This document shows, piece after piece, positions 1-8,086 of a DNA stretch of 64,000 nucleotides (the first letter of the stretch is position 1; every line of letters begins with the position of its first letter). Made by a program: the position numbers and the translations under genes. Below the pieces are notes generated by a model. It had not been told where the DNA came from and ran no database searches. It saw only the letters and a list, made by a program, of their open reading frames with translations. The DNA is from Minisyncoccota bacterium (lineage in GTDB: Bacteria > Patescibacteriota > Minisyncoccia > Phycocordibacterales > JAQTLZ01), in the NCBI GenBank assembly GCA_028711065.1, contig JAQTSY010000003.1, positions 65,136 through 129,135 of the forward strand. The letters run 5' to 3'.

Positions 1-39
1 AATAAAAAAAGCGCATCCGTAAAGACACGCTTTGATATT

Positions 40-747
40 TTAATAATTGAGAAGCTCGAGAAATTTCTCTGGACAAGCAAAGTGGGTATTCGCATAACTT
101 TCCGCAATACCTCTGTCTGATTTCAGAGTACTTAGAGAATTCAGCGGAATTCTTCTCCCATCTATCTTCCCCACCACAGTTGATACACTGACAGAAGAAT
201 ATCCATTCACTCCTGACTTTGCCTTCATTTGTGGGACCTGCGCGAGCCACGCTGCTCCCAGCCATTTTGCTTTCGGGAATCTCCACGAATTTTCTTCGTG
301 AATTTTCACCAAAGTTGCCCCTGAACATATCACATCGTCGACCACTACCACAGTCTCAACATCCAAAACAAGAAAAACTTCCGGAAGTATGCGACCACTC
401 AAAGCAACCGGCTCTCTTCCTGGTACCCACATTCTCTTTGCAAAAACATCAGCCGAAGGAAATTGTCTCCACACAGCAGACATTTTCCGCGGATAATTCG
501 AGCCATTCCCGGGAAAAACAAAAAGAACTTTGCTGTGCGTGGCTACGATTCGCTCCAGATACTTTTCCAAATCTTTTGCCAAATCGACATCATCGAGAAA
601 GACGACTGGCTTTCCCTCTTTCGTCTCCAACCTTCCAATACCCGCCCGAACTTCGGCGGATAGGGGAACATCCGCGATGATGATTCTCCCGTCTGTGAGA
701 AATAGACGAGAGTACAAAAGATCGGGGTAGCTTGTAAGCTCGCCCAT
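40..747 (-). CDS. Type I phosphoribosyltransferase-fold protein
   Basis: PRPP-binding motif VVVVDDVICSGATL; strong SD AGGAGG upstream of ATG. Confidence 0.7.
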   Translation of the reverse strand: MGELTSYPDLLYSRLFLTDGRIIIADVPLSAEVRAGIGRLETKEGKPVVFLDDVDLAKDLEKYLERIVATHSKVLFVFPGNGSNYPRKMSAVWRQFPSADVFAKRMWVPGREPVALSGRILPEVFLVLDVETVVVVDDVICSGATLVKIHEENSWRFPKAKWLGAAWLAQVPQMKAKSGVNGYSSVSVSTVVGKIDGRRIPLNSLSTLKSDRGIAESYANTHFACPEKFLELLNY

Positions 748-791
748 TTTCGACTCCTCCTATTAAAATGAAAAGAACAATCTCCAAGGAC

Positions 792-890
792 AACAAAACC
801 CCTTCCAGGGAGGGGCTGAGTGTGATTATTCTTTTCAACGAGAAACACCACCAACCCCTACTTACAAGGAATTGGTATGATGGGACGCAT
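792..890 (-). promoter_or_regulatory. Leader-peptide attenuator (MRPIIPIPCK*, 858..890) with terminator 792..818
   Basis: Short ORF; CCAATTCCT/AGGGGTTGG protector, AGGGGTTG/CAGCCCCT antiterminator, GCCCCT..AGGGGT terminator followed by TTTGTT. Confidence 0.6.
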
Positions 891-908
891 TTATAATCTG
901 ACTTCGTT

Positions 909-1448
909 TTATTTCTTTTTGCATAATTTTAAAACCATATCTACTGCGTTTTTTTCGTCCGAAGCACTTTCGATTTTTATTTTTCTCCTCTCATCCAAAT
1001 ATGCGCCCGCAAGCTTGTCTGCCCAGCCTCCGGTGCCTTTGAGGACGACGACTGGTTTATTATTTCTATAAGCAAGAGTAATCTCTTCAAGAGTTCCCGC
1101 TCCTCCACCAATACAGATAAATCCATCACACATATTTACAAGAAGCACTTCATCAAATCCGTCTGCCTCCATGCCACTTAAAACTTCGACATCAGTAAAG
1201 TCATTTGAGGTAAATCGTTTCTTCCCTTTGATAACACCGAGGGTGACGCCCCCAGCTTTTTTTGCACCTCGCGCTCCTGATTCCATAATTCCGCTCTTTC
1301 CCCCAGTTACAACAACCGCATTTCTTTTTGCAAGCAAAAAGCCGACCTTTTCGGCTTTTTTATAGATATTCTGGGGAGGTTTACTTTCCGTAGGATATTC
1401 CTCTTCCCCGGCGTAACCAATAACCCCTATTTGTATTCTTTTTTGCAT
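909..1448 (-). CDS. SLOG/LOG superfamily protein (TIGR00725-like)
   Basis: VTGGKSGIMESGARGA and GGGAGTLEEI motifs; start taken at MQKRIQ rather than the track's 1469. Confidence 0.85.
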   Translation of the reverse strand: MQKRIQIGVIGYAGEEEYPTESKPPQNIYKKAEKVGFLLAKRNAVVVTGGKSGIMESGARGAKKAGGVTLGVIKGKKRFTSNDFTDVEVLSGMEADGFDEVLLVNMCDGFICIGGGAGTLEEITLAYRNNKPVVVLKGTGGWADKLAGAYLDERRKIKIESASDEKNAVDMVLKLCKKK

Positions 1449-1477
1449 ATTTTTTAAATGAATAATCAACTAATGAT

Positions 1478-1597
1478 AAACAAAAAAACCTCTCGATAGA
1501 GAGGTTTTTTTGTTTTAAATAAATAGATTTAAAAAGCCCCTTATCGAAGAAGTTCTGAAATTGAATGAATATGATGAATTTGGGACTTCTGTGTCAT
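1478..1597 (-). promoter_or_regulatory. Leader-peptide attenuator (MTQKSQIHHIHSISELLR*, 1541..1597) with terminator 1478..1515
   Basis: TAGAAT -10 six nt before ATG; antiterminator TCGATAAGGGG pairs CCTCTCTATCGA; terminator AAAAAAACCTCTC TATC GAGAGGTTTTTTT. Confidence 0.7.
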
Positions 1598-1633
1598 GAG
1601 TGCATTCTATACTAATCTGTTCAAATGTCAAAA

Positions 1634-2470
1634 TTACTTCACCAAGTAGAGCTCTTGGTTATACTCCCCCACTCCGAGATACTCGGCTTCGCCTTTTAGA
1701 ATTTTTTCGAATGGCTTGCAGGCAAAACATCCCGAGACGCCCTTTGGGCAGAGAAATTCTTTCTTCTCGCGGGCTTCTTTTACTTTTTTAGCTTTTTCTA
1801 ACACATCCACTCGAGCCTTTTCATAATCAGGCAATTTCACAGCGATTGGCGCGTCGTCCTTATCCAAATACCAATATGAGGCGCCGGTTACTTTTCTTTT
1901 TTGGAGATTTTTCAAAAGAAGTAAATAAATAGGAAGCTGGAGTGAATCTTCTTTCTCTTCATTTTTGCCAGTTTTGAAATCGAGAACACGGATACTGTCG
2001 TCCTCCGAGACGTATTCTATCCAATCTATTTTTCCACAGAGAATAATGTTATCAGACTCTGAAAGAAAAAAGTTCGGGAGCATTTCCCGCTCGGGCAATT
2101 TTATCGTCTTGTTTTTAAGAGGCCCTGGATTTTTTACTACTCGGTGAATCATTTGAAGCCCTCGCTCTTTTGCCTCTTTTTCATCTTCTGGATTCAAAAA
2201 TCCTCCCTTTTTTCCAGAAAATTTCTCCCAAGCTTTTTCAAATTCTTCCTCAAGATTTTGCTTGAATCTTTCTTCGACTTTAAAATCACCCAGCCCTTCC
2301 ACTACTTGATGCACTGCAGAACCGAGCGAGAGTGCGGGACTCACTATATTTATCTTCTTCCCCGTCTTTGGATTCTTATAGATATTTTTCAGATAATACG
2401 AACGCGGACATTTCAAAAAATCCCCGAGAGAGGAGTGGGATACCCAGACTGCTGAATATTTATCCTGCAC
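1634..2470 (-). CDS. PD-(D/E)XK nuclease, RecB/Cas4-like, with 4-Cys putative Fe-S staple
   Basis: SHSSL..CPRSYY, GSAVH, GKIDWI, LDFKTG, QLPIY, C-terminal CPKGVSGCFAC. Confidence 0.85.
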   Translation of the reverse strand: MQDKYSAVWVSHSSLGDFLKCPRSYYLKNIYKNPKTGKKINIVSPALSLGSAVHQVVEGLGDFKVEERFKQNLEEEFEKAWEKFSGKKGGFLNPEDEKEAKERGLQMIHRVVKNPGPLKNKTIKLPEREMLPNFFLSESDNIILCGKIDWIEYVSEDDSIRVLDFKTGKNEEKEDSLQLPIYLLLLKNLQKRKVTGASYWYLDKDDAPIAVKLPDYEKARVDVLEKAKKVKEAREKKEFLCPKGVSGCFACKPFEKILKGEAEYLGVGEYNQELYLVK

Positions 2471-2524
2471 GATAACAAGATTATATCAAAAGCAAGGCTC
2501 AATATCCCGTGATAGAATGTCACT

Positions 2525-3331
2525 ATGAAAAAGAAGGCTCTCGATATTCTTTTTATTGGTGCGAATCTCCTTATCGTCATACTTCTTTTCACAATTGTAG
2601 ACCACGCAATCCACGGACTTGAGGGCGCTTGGAGCGTGCCGGATTATTATTTCAAAGATAAGATTCCTTTCGGCTTTTTCTGGGCAATTGTTGGGTACTT
2701 TCTGGTCCGCAAATATGAGAATATTTGGCTCAAAGCCTTTCTTACTTCAGGGCTTATCGCGATCATTCTCCAGACTCGATATTTTTGGGAAGGATACCCG
2801 CTCGGATTTGTACTTATCTTTCTTTTCTTCCATTTCGTGATTCTTTTTGTGGTGTCTGTTATTATGTATGCATTACTAGGGAGAGTTTATAAGAATAACC
2901 AAACAATTTCTATGAAAACCTTTATCATCGTAATCATTGTGCTCGCGGTCATTGCCATTGGAGCATATTATCTTGTTTTTAATAACCAAAACACGGGCAC
3001 GAATACGTATGCACCTACCCCAACCGAAAGCATGGTTTCAGAAGCGACGCCGACTATGTCAGAAATTCCAGCGCCAAGCAGTGTCTCAGTAAACATTGCG
3101 AATTTTGCGTATAGTCCGGCAACAATCACCGTAAAAGCAGGGACAAAAGTAACTTGGACAAATAGTGACTCTGCTCCGCACACAATCACTTCTGATTCTG
3201 GCAGTGTCCTTAATTCTCCAAGACTTGCACAAGGAGATCTCTGGAGCTTTACCTTTACAACCCCAGGAACGTACGCTTATCATTGTGCAGTTCATCCAAT
3301 GATGAAGGCGACGGTTGTGGTGACTCAATAA
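2525..3331 (+). CDS. Membrane protein fused to a plastocyanin/cupredoxin domain (cupredoxin part may start at ATG 2912)
   Basis: Several hydrophobic helices, then WTNSDSAPHT and YHCAVHPMM type-1 copper ligands. Confidence 0.8.
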   Translation: MKKKALDILFIGANLLIVILLFTIVDHAIHGLEGAWSVPDYYFKDKIPFGFFWAIVGYFLVRKYENIWLKAFLTSGLIAIILQTRYFWEGYPLGFVLIFLFFHFVILFVVSVIMYALLGRVYKNNQTISMKTFIIVIIVLAVIAIGAYYLVFNNQNTGTNTYAPTPTESMVSEATPTMSEIPAPSSVSVNIANFAYSPATITVKAGTKVTWTNSDSAPHTITSDSGSVLNSPRLAQGDLWSFTFTTPGTYAYHCAVHPMMKATVVVTQ

Positions 3332-3380
3332 AAATTTTCCTCTTAACCCCTTGCATTTGCATTATTAAGAAAGGGGGTTC

Positions 3381-3410
3381 AAAAATCGTCGGCTTGTCCG
3401 ACGATTTTTT
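3381..3410 (+). terminator. Intrinsic terminator
   Basis: AAAAATCGTCGG CTTGT CCGACGATTTTTT. Confidence 0.75.
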
Positions 3411-3557
3411 ATTTCGTAACATGAGTTAAGTGAGAGCTTGTAGAAAAAATAGGCTCCTATATGATTATTGCAGACGTACTTTACACACAGCGCTCTCCTT
3501 GTGGATTGCGTAATTTTCACTCGTTGGCCGGGGACGACCCCGAAAGGAGCTACACCG

Positions 3558-4940
3558 ATGTCGAACACGAATACAACAGTCCCCGGAAACGGTGCGACGG
3601 CGGAGAATGAACAATACGAAGTTGTCTCGAACAATGTTGTCTTGCCACTTGCGCACGTGAAAATGTTCGAGGGACAGCCCCGGCAGTATTTCGATCAGCC
3701 GGCACTCCGGGATCTCGCGGCTAGTATACAGGCGAGAGGACAGCAGAACCCGATCAAAGTCATGAAACTTGCGAAGCCAATTGGTCTTATCACCTACGAA
3801 GCAGTGGACGGCCAACGCAGATACATGGCGCACGAGCTGTTGAAGAGACTCACGCTGGTAGCAACCATCGTGAAAGTAAAGGATAGGAAAGATCAGTTCA
3901 TCCAATCCTGCATGGCGAACTTTGGTCAGTATCCTCACACCGTGCTCGAAAAGATTCTCGCGGTCAAACGCCTGCGAGAAGAGTGTGATCAAAAACCGAG
4001 TGAAATCGCCACAGTCTTTGTCTGCAACGTGACGTACATCTACGAAATGATGCGGGCGGGCGAGCTGGATGCTCCGATTCTCGATCGTCTGGACCCCAAG
4101 AGGCCGGAAGAGGAAAGGCTGACCTTCCCTGTCGCAGTCCTGCTCGGAGCACTGCCACGTGACATGCAACATGAGATCCTCCCGAAAGTGACGGGCAGGA
4201 TTCCAGTCTACAAGGCTCGCGACATTATTCACACGGCGGCGAAAGCCAAGGGAATAGAGCTCGGAAGGGGGCAAAATGCCAGAACGCCGAAAAATGACTG
4301 GCGCATGGTCGTCTCCTTTGCAAAGCGTACGTCGGAACAGGCCGGCATCTTCGCAGGAAAGAACAATGAGTACTTCGATATGATGTGCGCCACGCGTACG
4401 AAGCGCGAGGTGGAAGCTTTGCTCGCAGAAATTGAACAGGGCATCCAAAAACTTCAGAGCTTGAAAGCATTACTGAAGAAGAGGGCGACGGATAACAAGA
4501 CTGTCGGAGGGGCGTCAAACAACGCCTGGCTCTTGGAAAAAAAGAACAAAGCGGAGTTGAGAGAGAACACGCTTCCCCCGCCAAAAGTTGTGCCTGTCGT
4601 GAAGCCTCCGGCTCCACCGGGAACGGCGAAAGTCGAAACGAAGGTCGTGCAAAGACCGCCACAGAAAGAGGCGATGCGACCGGCAGTCGTTCCCGTTAAT
4701 GTAGAGAGCCCGTCGAAAGCGGGACGAAGGCATCTCACCCACAAGCAAAGGATTGAGCTGGAACGGCAAGGCGGATTCTTGAAAAAGAAGGGTCCTCAGG
4801 AATTCCGCGTACCGGTTGACGTAAAACCTCAACCCCCTCCGCAACCGCCAGCTCCAAAAGGCCCTACGCCAACAGAGTTGAGGGATCGGAAGCGAGGCTA
4901 CAGTGCCGGGACAAAGATACCGCCGATGCCAGTGGACTGA
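3558..4940 (+). CDS. Orphan ParB/Spo0J-family protein with a Pro-rich low-complexity C-terminal tail
   Basis: QPRQYFD..L..SI...GQQNPI..YEAVDGQRR ParBc motifs; SD GAAAGGAG before ATG 3558. Confidence 0.8.
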   Translation: MSNTNTTVPGNGATAENEQYEVVSNNVVLPLAHVKMFEGQPRQYFDQPALRDLAASIQARGQQNPIKVMKLAKPIGLITYEAVDGQRRYMAHELLKRLTLVATIVKVKDRKDQFIQSCMANFGQYPHTVLEKILAVKRLREECDQKPSEIATVFVCNVTYIYEMMRAGELDAPILDRLDPKRPEEERLTFPVAVLLGALPRDMQHEILPKVTGRIPVYKARDIIHTAAKAKGIELGRGQNARTPKNDWRMVVSFAKRTSEQAGIFAGKNNEYFDMMCATRTKREVEALLAEIEQGIQKLQSLKALLKKRATDNKTVGGASNNAWLLEKKNKAELRENTLPPPKVVPVVKPPAPPGTAKVETKVVQRPPQKEAMRPAVVPVNVESPSKAGRRHLTHKQRIELERQGGFLKKKGPQEFRVPVDVKPQPPPQPPAPKGPTPTELRDRKRGYSAGTKIPPMPVD

Positions 4941-4974
4941 GCATTCACAGAACTGTGAACAATTAAAATGTAAG

Positions 4975-5010
4975 AAACGACCGCTGGAATCTCAGCGGTC
5001 GCGTTTTTTT
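4975..5010. terminator. Terminator between convergent parB-like and rpoD genes
   Basis: CGACCGCTG GAATCT CAGCGGTCG followed by a T tract. Confidence 0.7.
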
Positions 5011-6274
5011 AATAATTTTTCAGTCTATTCACTTTGTCATGCGAGCGGATTTTTTCATGCGCTTTCGCCTCGATCTGTCGGATACGTTCTCGAGTTACGC
5101 CGAATTTTTGTCCCACTTCTTCAAGAGTATGAGTGATGCCGTCTATGAGCCCATGGCGCATTTCGAGGATCATTCGCTCTTTTGGAGGCAAGTCATTCAA
5201 AATTTCTTTTACTTGGTCGGCAATGATTCGGCGAGATGATTCTTGATCTGGAGAGAGAATCTTGTCATCTGAAATAAAATCTCCGAGCGTTGATTTATCA
5301 TCTCCTTCATCTCCAACAGGACTTTCAAGCGATACAGTATTCTGATCAATCTTTTCGATATTATAAACTTTGTCTACATCGAGTCCCATCTCCACTGCAA
5401 TTTCTTCTGGAAGCGGGTCTCGCCCCAAATCCTGGGAGAGTCGTCGGACAACCTGCTTGTATTTTGCGATGGTTTCCACCATATGCACCGGCACACGAAT
5501 GGTTCGTGACTGATCTGCGAGGGCTCGAGTAATGGCCTGGCGAATCCACCACGTAGCGTAAGTAGAGAATTTGTAGCCTTTCGTCCAATCAAATTTATCA
5601 ACAGCTTTAAACAATCCCAAATTTCCTTCCTGAATAAGATCCAAAATAGTAAGGTCAGGTGAACGTCCGACATACTTTTTAGCGATTGAAACAACGAGAC
5701 GCAAGTTCGCTCGTGCCAAAAGATTTTTCGCTTCTGTGTCCCCTTTTTCAATTCGTCTTGCAAGCTCTTTCTCCATAGCCGCGGGAATCAGCGGATACTG
5801 ACCAATCTCTTTCAAATACATCTGGATTGAGTCGTACGAAGAATCGCTTTTTCCTCCGTAGGTATATTTCTTTTTGGTGATATCCGCCTCTTCCGCTTCA
5901 TCCATATCCAAAAGTCCCCCGCTGTCGAGGATGTCAATACCACTCGTGTGAATTTTTTCGTACAGAGAATCGAGAAATCCGATATCATCTTCGATCGTCG
6001 GAAACTCTTTCAAAATTTCATCGTAGGTCACAAAGCCTCGTTCTTTTCCTTTTTTAAAAAGAATATCCGCCTTTCGATTGAGCTCGATCTCTTTCTTGTT
6101 GAGTTTGCCTGATCTCTGAATAAGCGGACTGACTTTTTCCACTTTTACCTTCTTCTCTTTTCCCGGAGCAAGCTTTTTCTTGGAGCTCTTTATCCGAGCC
6201 AGCTTGGCCTTTTTGAAGGCTTTCGCGGAAACTTTCTTCTTAGAAACTTTGGTTTTCTTGTGTTTTTTAGGCAT
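5009..6274 (-). CDS. rpoD: Primary sigma-70 factor
   Basis: [60 protein letters not shown]; downstream of dnaG. Confidence 0.97.
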   Translation of the reverse strand: MPKKHKKTKVSKKKVSAKAFKKAKLARIKSSKKKLAPGKEKKVKVEKVSPLIQRSGKLNKKEIELNRKADILFKKGKERGFVTYDEILKEFPTIEDDIGFLDSLYEKIHTSGIDILDSGGLLDMDEAEEADITKKKYTYGGKSDSSYDSIQMYLKEIGQYPLIPAAMEKELARRIEKGDTEAKNLLARANLRLVVSIAKKYVGRSPDLTILDLIQEGNLGLFKAVDKFDWTKGYKFSTYATWWIRQAITRALADQSRTIRVPVHMVETIAKYKQVVRRLSQDLGRDPLPEEIAVEMGLDVDKVYNIEKIDQNTVSLESPVGDEGDDKSTLGDFISDDKILSPDQESSRRIIADQVKEILNDLPPKERMILEMRHGLIDGITHTLEEVGQKFGVTRERIRQIEAKAHEKIRSHDKVNRLKNY

Positions 6275-6313
6275 TAAATATTTAGAGATTATACATTAAA
6301 ATCCAGGTTTATT

Positions 6314-8050
6314 CTAGCTCTGAAAAGCTTTACGGAGTTTGGTCAATTCTTCCCCAATATCTTTGCATTTCTTCAAAAGTTCCTCCGCTTTTGAACCTGA
6401 TTTATCCCTTTCCGCTTGCACCAGCTCGTTCATCGTTTTGGCGAATTCTGCTTTCAGATAATCTTCTTTCAAATTGAAAATAAGCTCTTTCAAATCCTTT
6501 TCCAAGTTCGACGCTCCGGAAAAGAACGTTTCTGCTTCAAAAATGACCCTGTTTTTCTCTTCTTTTGATTCTTCAAAACGCATCAACTCATCTTTTCCAG
6601 CAATTTTCTCGAATTCTTTTCTGACTTTGACGGTGTCTATGAGTGACTTCGGCAAACCTTCCTGCCAAAGAATGAGCCCGACGAGCTTCTCTTCGATTTT
6701 ATTCTTGCGCTGGCTCTCTTCTTTTTTCTTTTCAGTTTTTATTTCAAGCGCGTTTTCTTCTTTGATGCTTTCAGTTTTTTTCAAATCTTCCCATATAGCG
6801 TCCTCGGGAATATTGGTTGCTTCGGAAATTTTTCTCACAAAATGCGACTGTTCAATCCTGCTTTCAAGCGAGATGACGTAAGGCAAAACTTTTTTACGAA
6901 TTTCTTTGCCAAGCTGACGTTCATCTTTCTCATCTTTCACGACCTTATGAAGCAAAAAATCAATGATATGAATCGCTTCTCCAACGGCCACTTTCCAATC
7001 TTCCGGATTTGAAAGAATGAGATCTGCCGGGTCCTTCCCTCCTTTTATCTCAACCATCTTCACTTCCATTCCAAGCGAGAGCGCGACACGGGCGCTTTTT
7101 TCTGCTGCGTTAAATCCAGCGCTATCGGCGTCAAATGCGAGCACTACTTTTTTCGACAATCGGCCAAGCATTGAGAGATGTTGCACTGTGAGGGCTGTGC
7201 CAGAAACTGCGACGGTATTTGTAAGGCCCGCTTGCTGTGACATAAGCAGATCCATCTGGCCTTCCACAAGAATAGAAAAATCCTGTTTTTTGATCTCCCA
7301 CTTCGCGATGTGGTAGCCGTAGAGAACTTCGGATTTGTTGAAAAGCGGAGTGTCGGGACTGTTTAAATATTTTGCCGATTTTTCATCATCTACCAGAATT
7401 CTGCCCGAAAATGCGATGACTCTGCCGGATGAATCGAAAATTGGAAACATTACCCTGCCACGGAACCTGTCGTAAAGACGCGGAGCGCTTTTATCCTCTC
7501 CGACAGCTTCGGCTTTTTTTACAAGTCCTGCTTTTTCCATTATCGACTCGCTGTAACCTTTGTTTTTAAGGTGCGTAAGAAGCACTCTCCAATCGAGAGG
7601 CGCGAATCCAATTTGCCAATCTCGAACCGTTTCGATTTTAAGCCCGCGCTTTTTTAGATACAGGAGCGCTTCTTTGTTTTTCGCCAAATTTTCTTGGAAA
7701 AAACGTGCCGATTCTTTCATGACAGCATACAATTCATCCCGCTCGCTTTTTTCTTTTGGATTCTCTGCGACAAGGGGAACTCCTGCTCTCTGGGCCAAAA
7801 CCCGAAGTGCACCCATAAAATCCAATCCTTCGAATTCCTCGACAAACGTGAAGATGTCGCCTTTCGCTCCGCAGCCGAAACAGTAGTAGGAATTACGCGC
7901 GACAGACACGAAGAAAGAAGGCGTCTTTTCATTGTGAAAAGGACACCTTGCTTTCATATTAGCCCCAGCTTTTTCCAGCTTGAGATAGGAGCCAATAACA
8001 TCGGCAATCCCGAGCCGTTCTTTTATTTTTTCTACAGTGCCAGAAGACAT
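6314..8050 (-). CDS. dnaG: DNA primase
   Basis: CPFHNEKTPSF..CFGC zinc ribbon, DRFRGRVMFPI, KYLNSP, Toprim VEGQMD and FDADSAG. Confidence 0.97.
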   Translation of the reverse strand: MSSGTVEKIKERLGIADVIGSYLKLEKAGANMKARCPFHNEKTPSFFVSVARNSYYCFGCGAKGDIFTFVEEFEGLDFMGALRVLAQRAGVPLVAENPKEKSERDELYAVMKESARFFQENLAKNKEALLYLKKRGLKIETVRDWQIGFAPLDWRVLLTHLKNKGYSESIMEKAGLVKKAEAVGEDKSAPRLYDRFRGRVMFPIFDSSGRVIAFSGRILVDDEKSAKYLNSPDTPLFNKSEVLYGYHIAKWEIKKQDFSILVEGQMDLLMSQQAGLTNTVAVSGTALTVQHLSMLGRLSKKVVLAFDADSAGFNAAEKSARVALSLGMEVKMVEIKGGKDPADLILSNPEDWKVAVGEAIHIIDFLLHKVVKDEKDERQLGKEIRKKVLPYVISLESRIEQSHFVRKISEATNIPEDAIWEDLKKTESIKEENALEIKTEKKKEESQRKNKIEEKLVGLILWQEGLPKSLIDTVKVRKEFEKIAGKDELMRFEESKEEKNRVIFEAETFFSGASNLEKDLKELIFNLKEDYLKAEFAKTMNELVQAERDKSGSKAEELLKKCKDIGEELTKLRKAFQS

Positions 8051-8086
8051 CGATAAGGGTTAGAGATTAAATCCACCCTGTTAATC

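Noticed and set aside
1634-2470. Cas4 of a CRISPR-Cas locus
   Set aside because: No cas1, cas2 or array is present in the window
3650-3666. parS site inside the parB-like gene
   Set aside because: Only a CACGTGAAA half-match to TGTTTCACGTGAAACA
3465-4448. 327-aa antisense ORF, and the other long ORFs opposite or inside recognised genes (e.g. 22026..22880, 17584..18408, 32854..33597, 36968..37645)
   Set aside because: These are shadow frames of genes that have clear motifs or SD sites on the other strand or frame
7480-7510. Possible palindromic insert in dnaG (AVGEDKSAP)
   Set aside because: Only a 5-bp CGGAG/CTCCG stem, which is within chance
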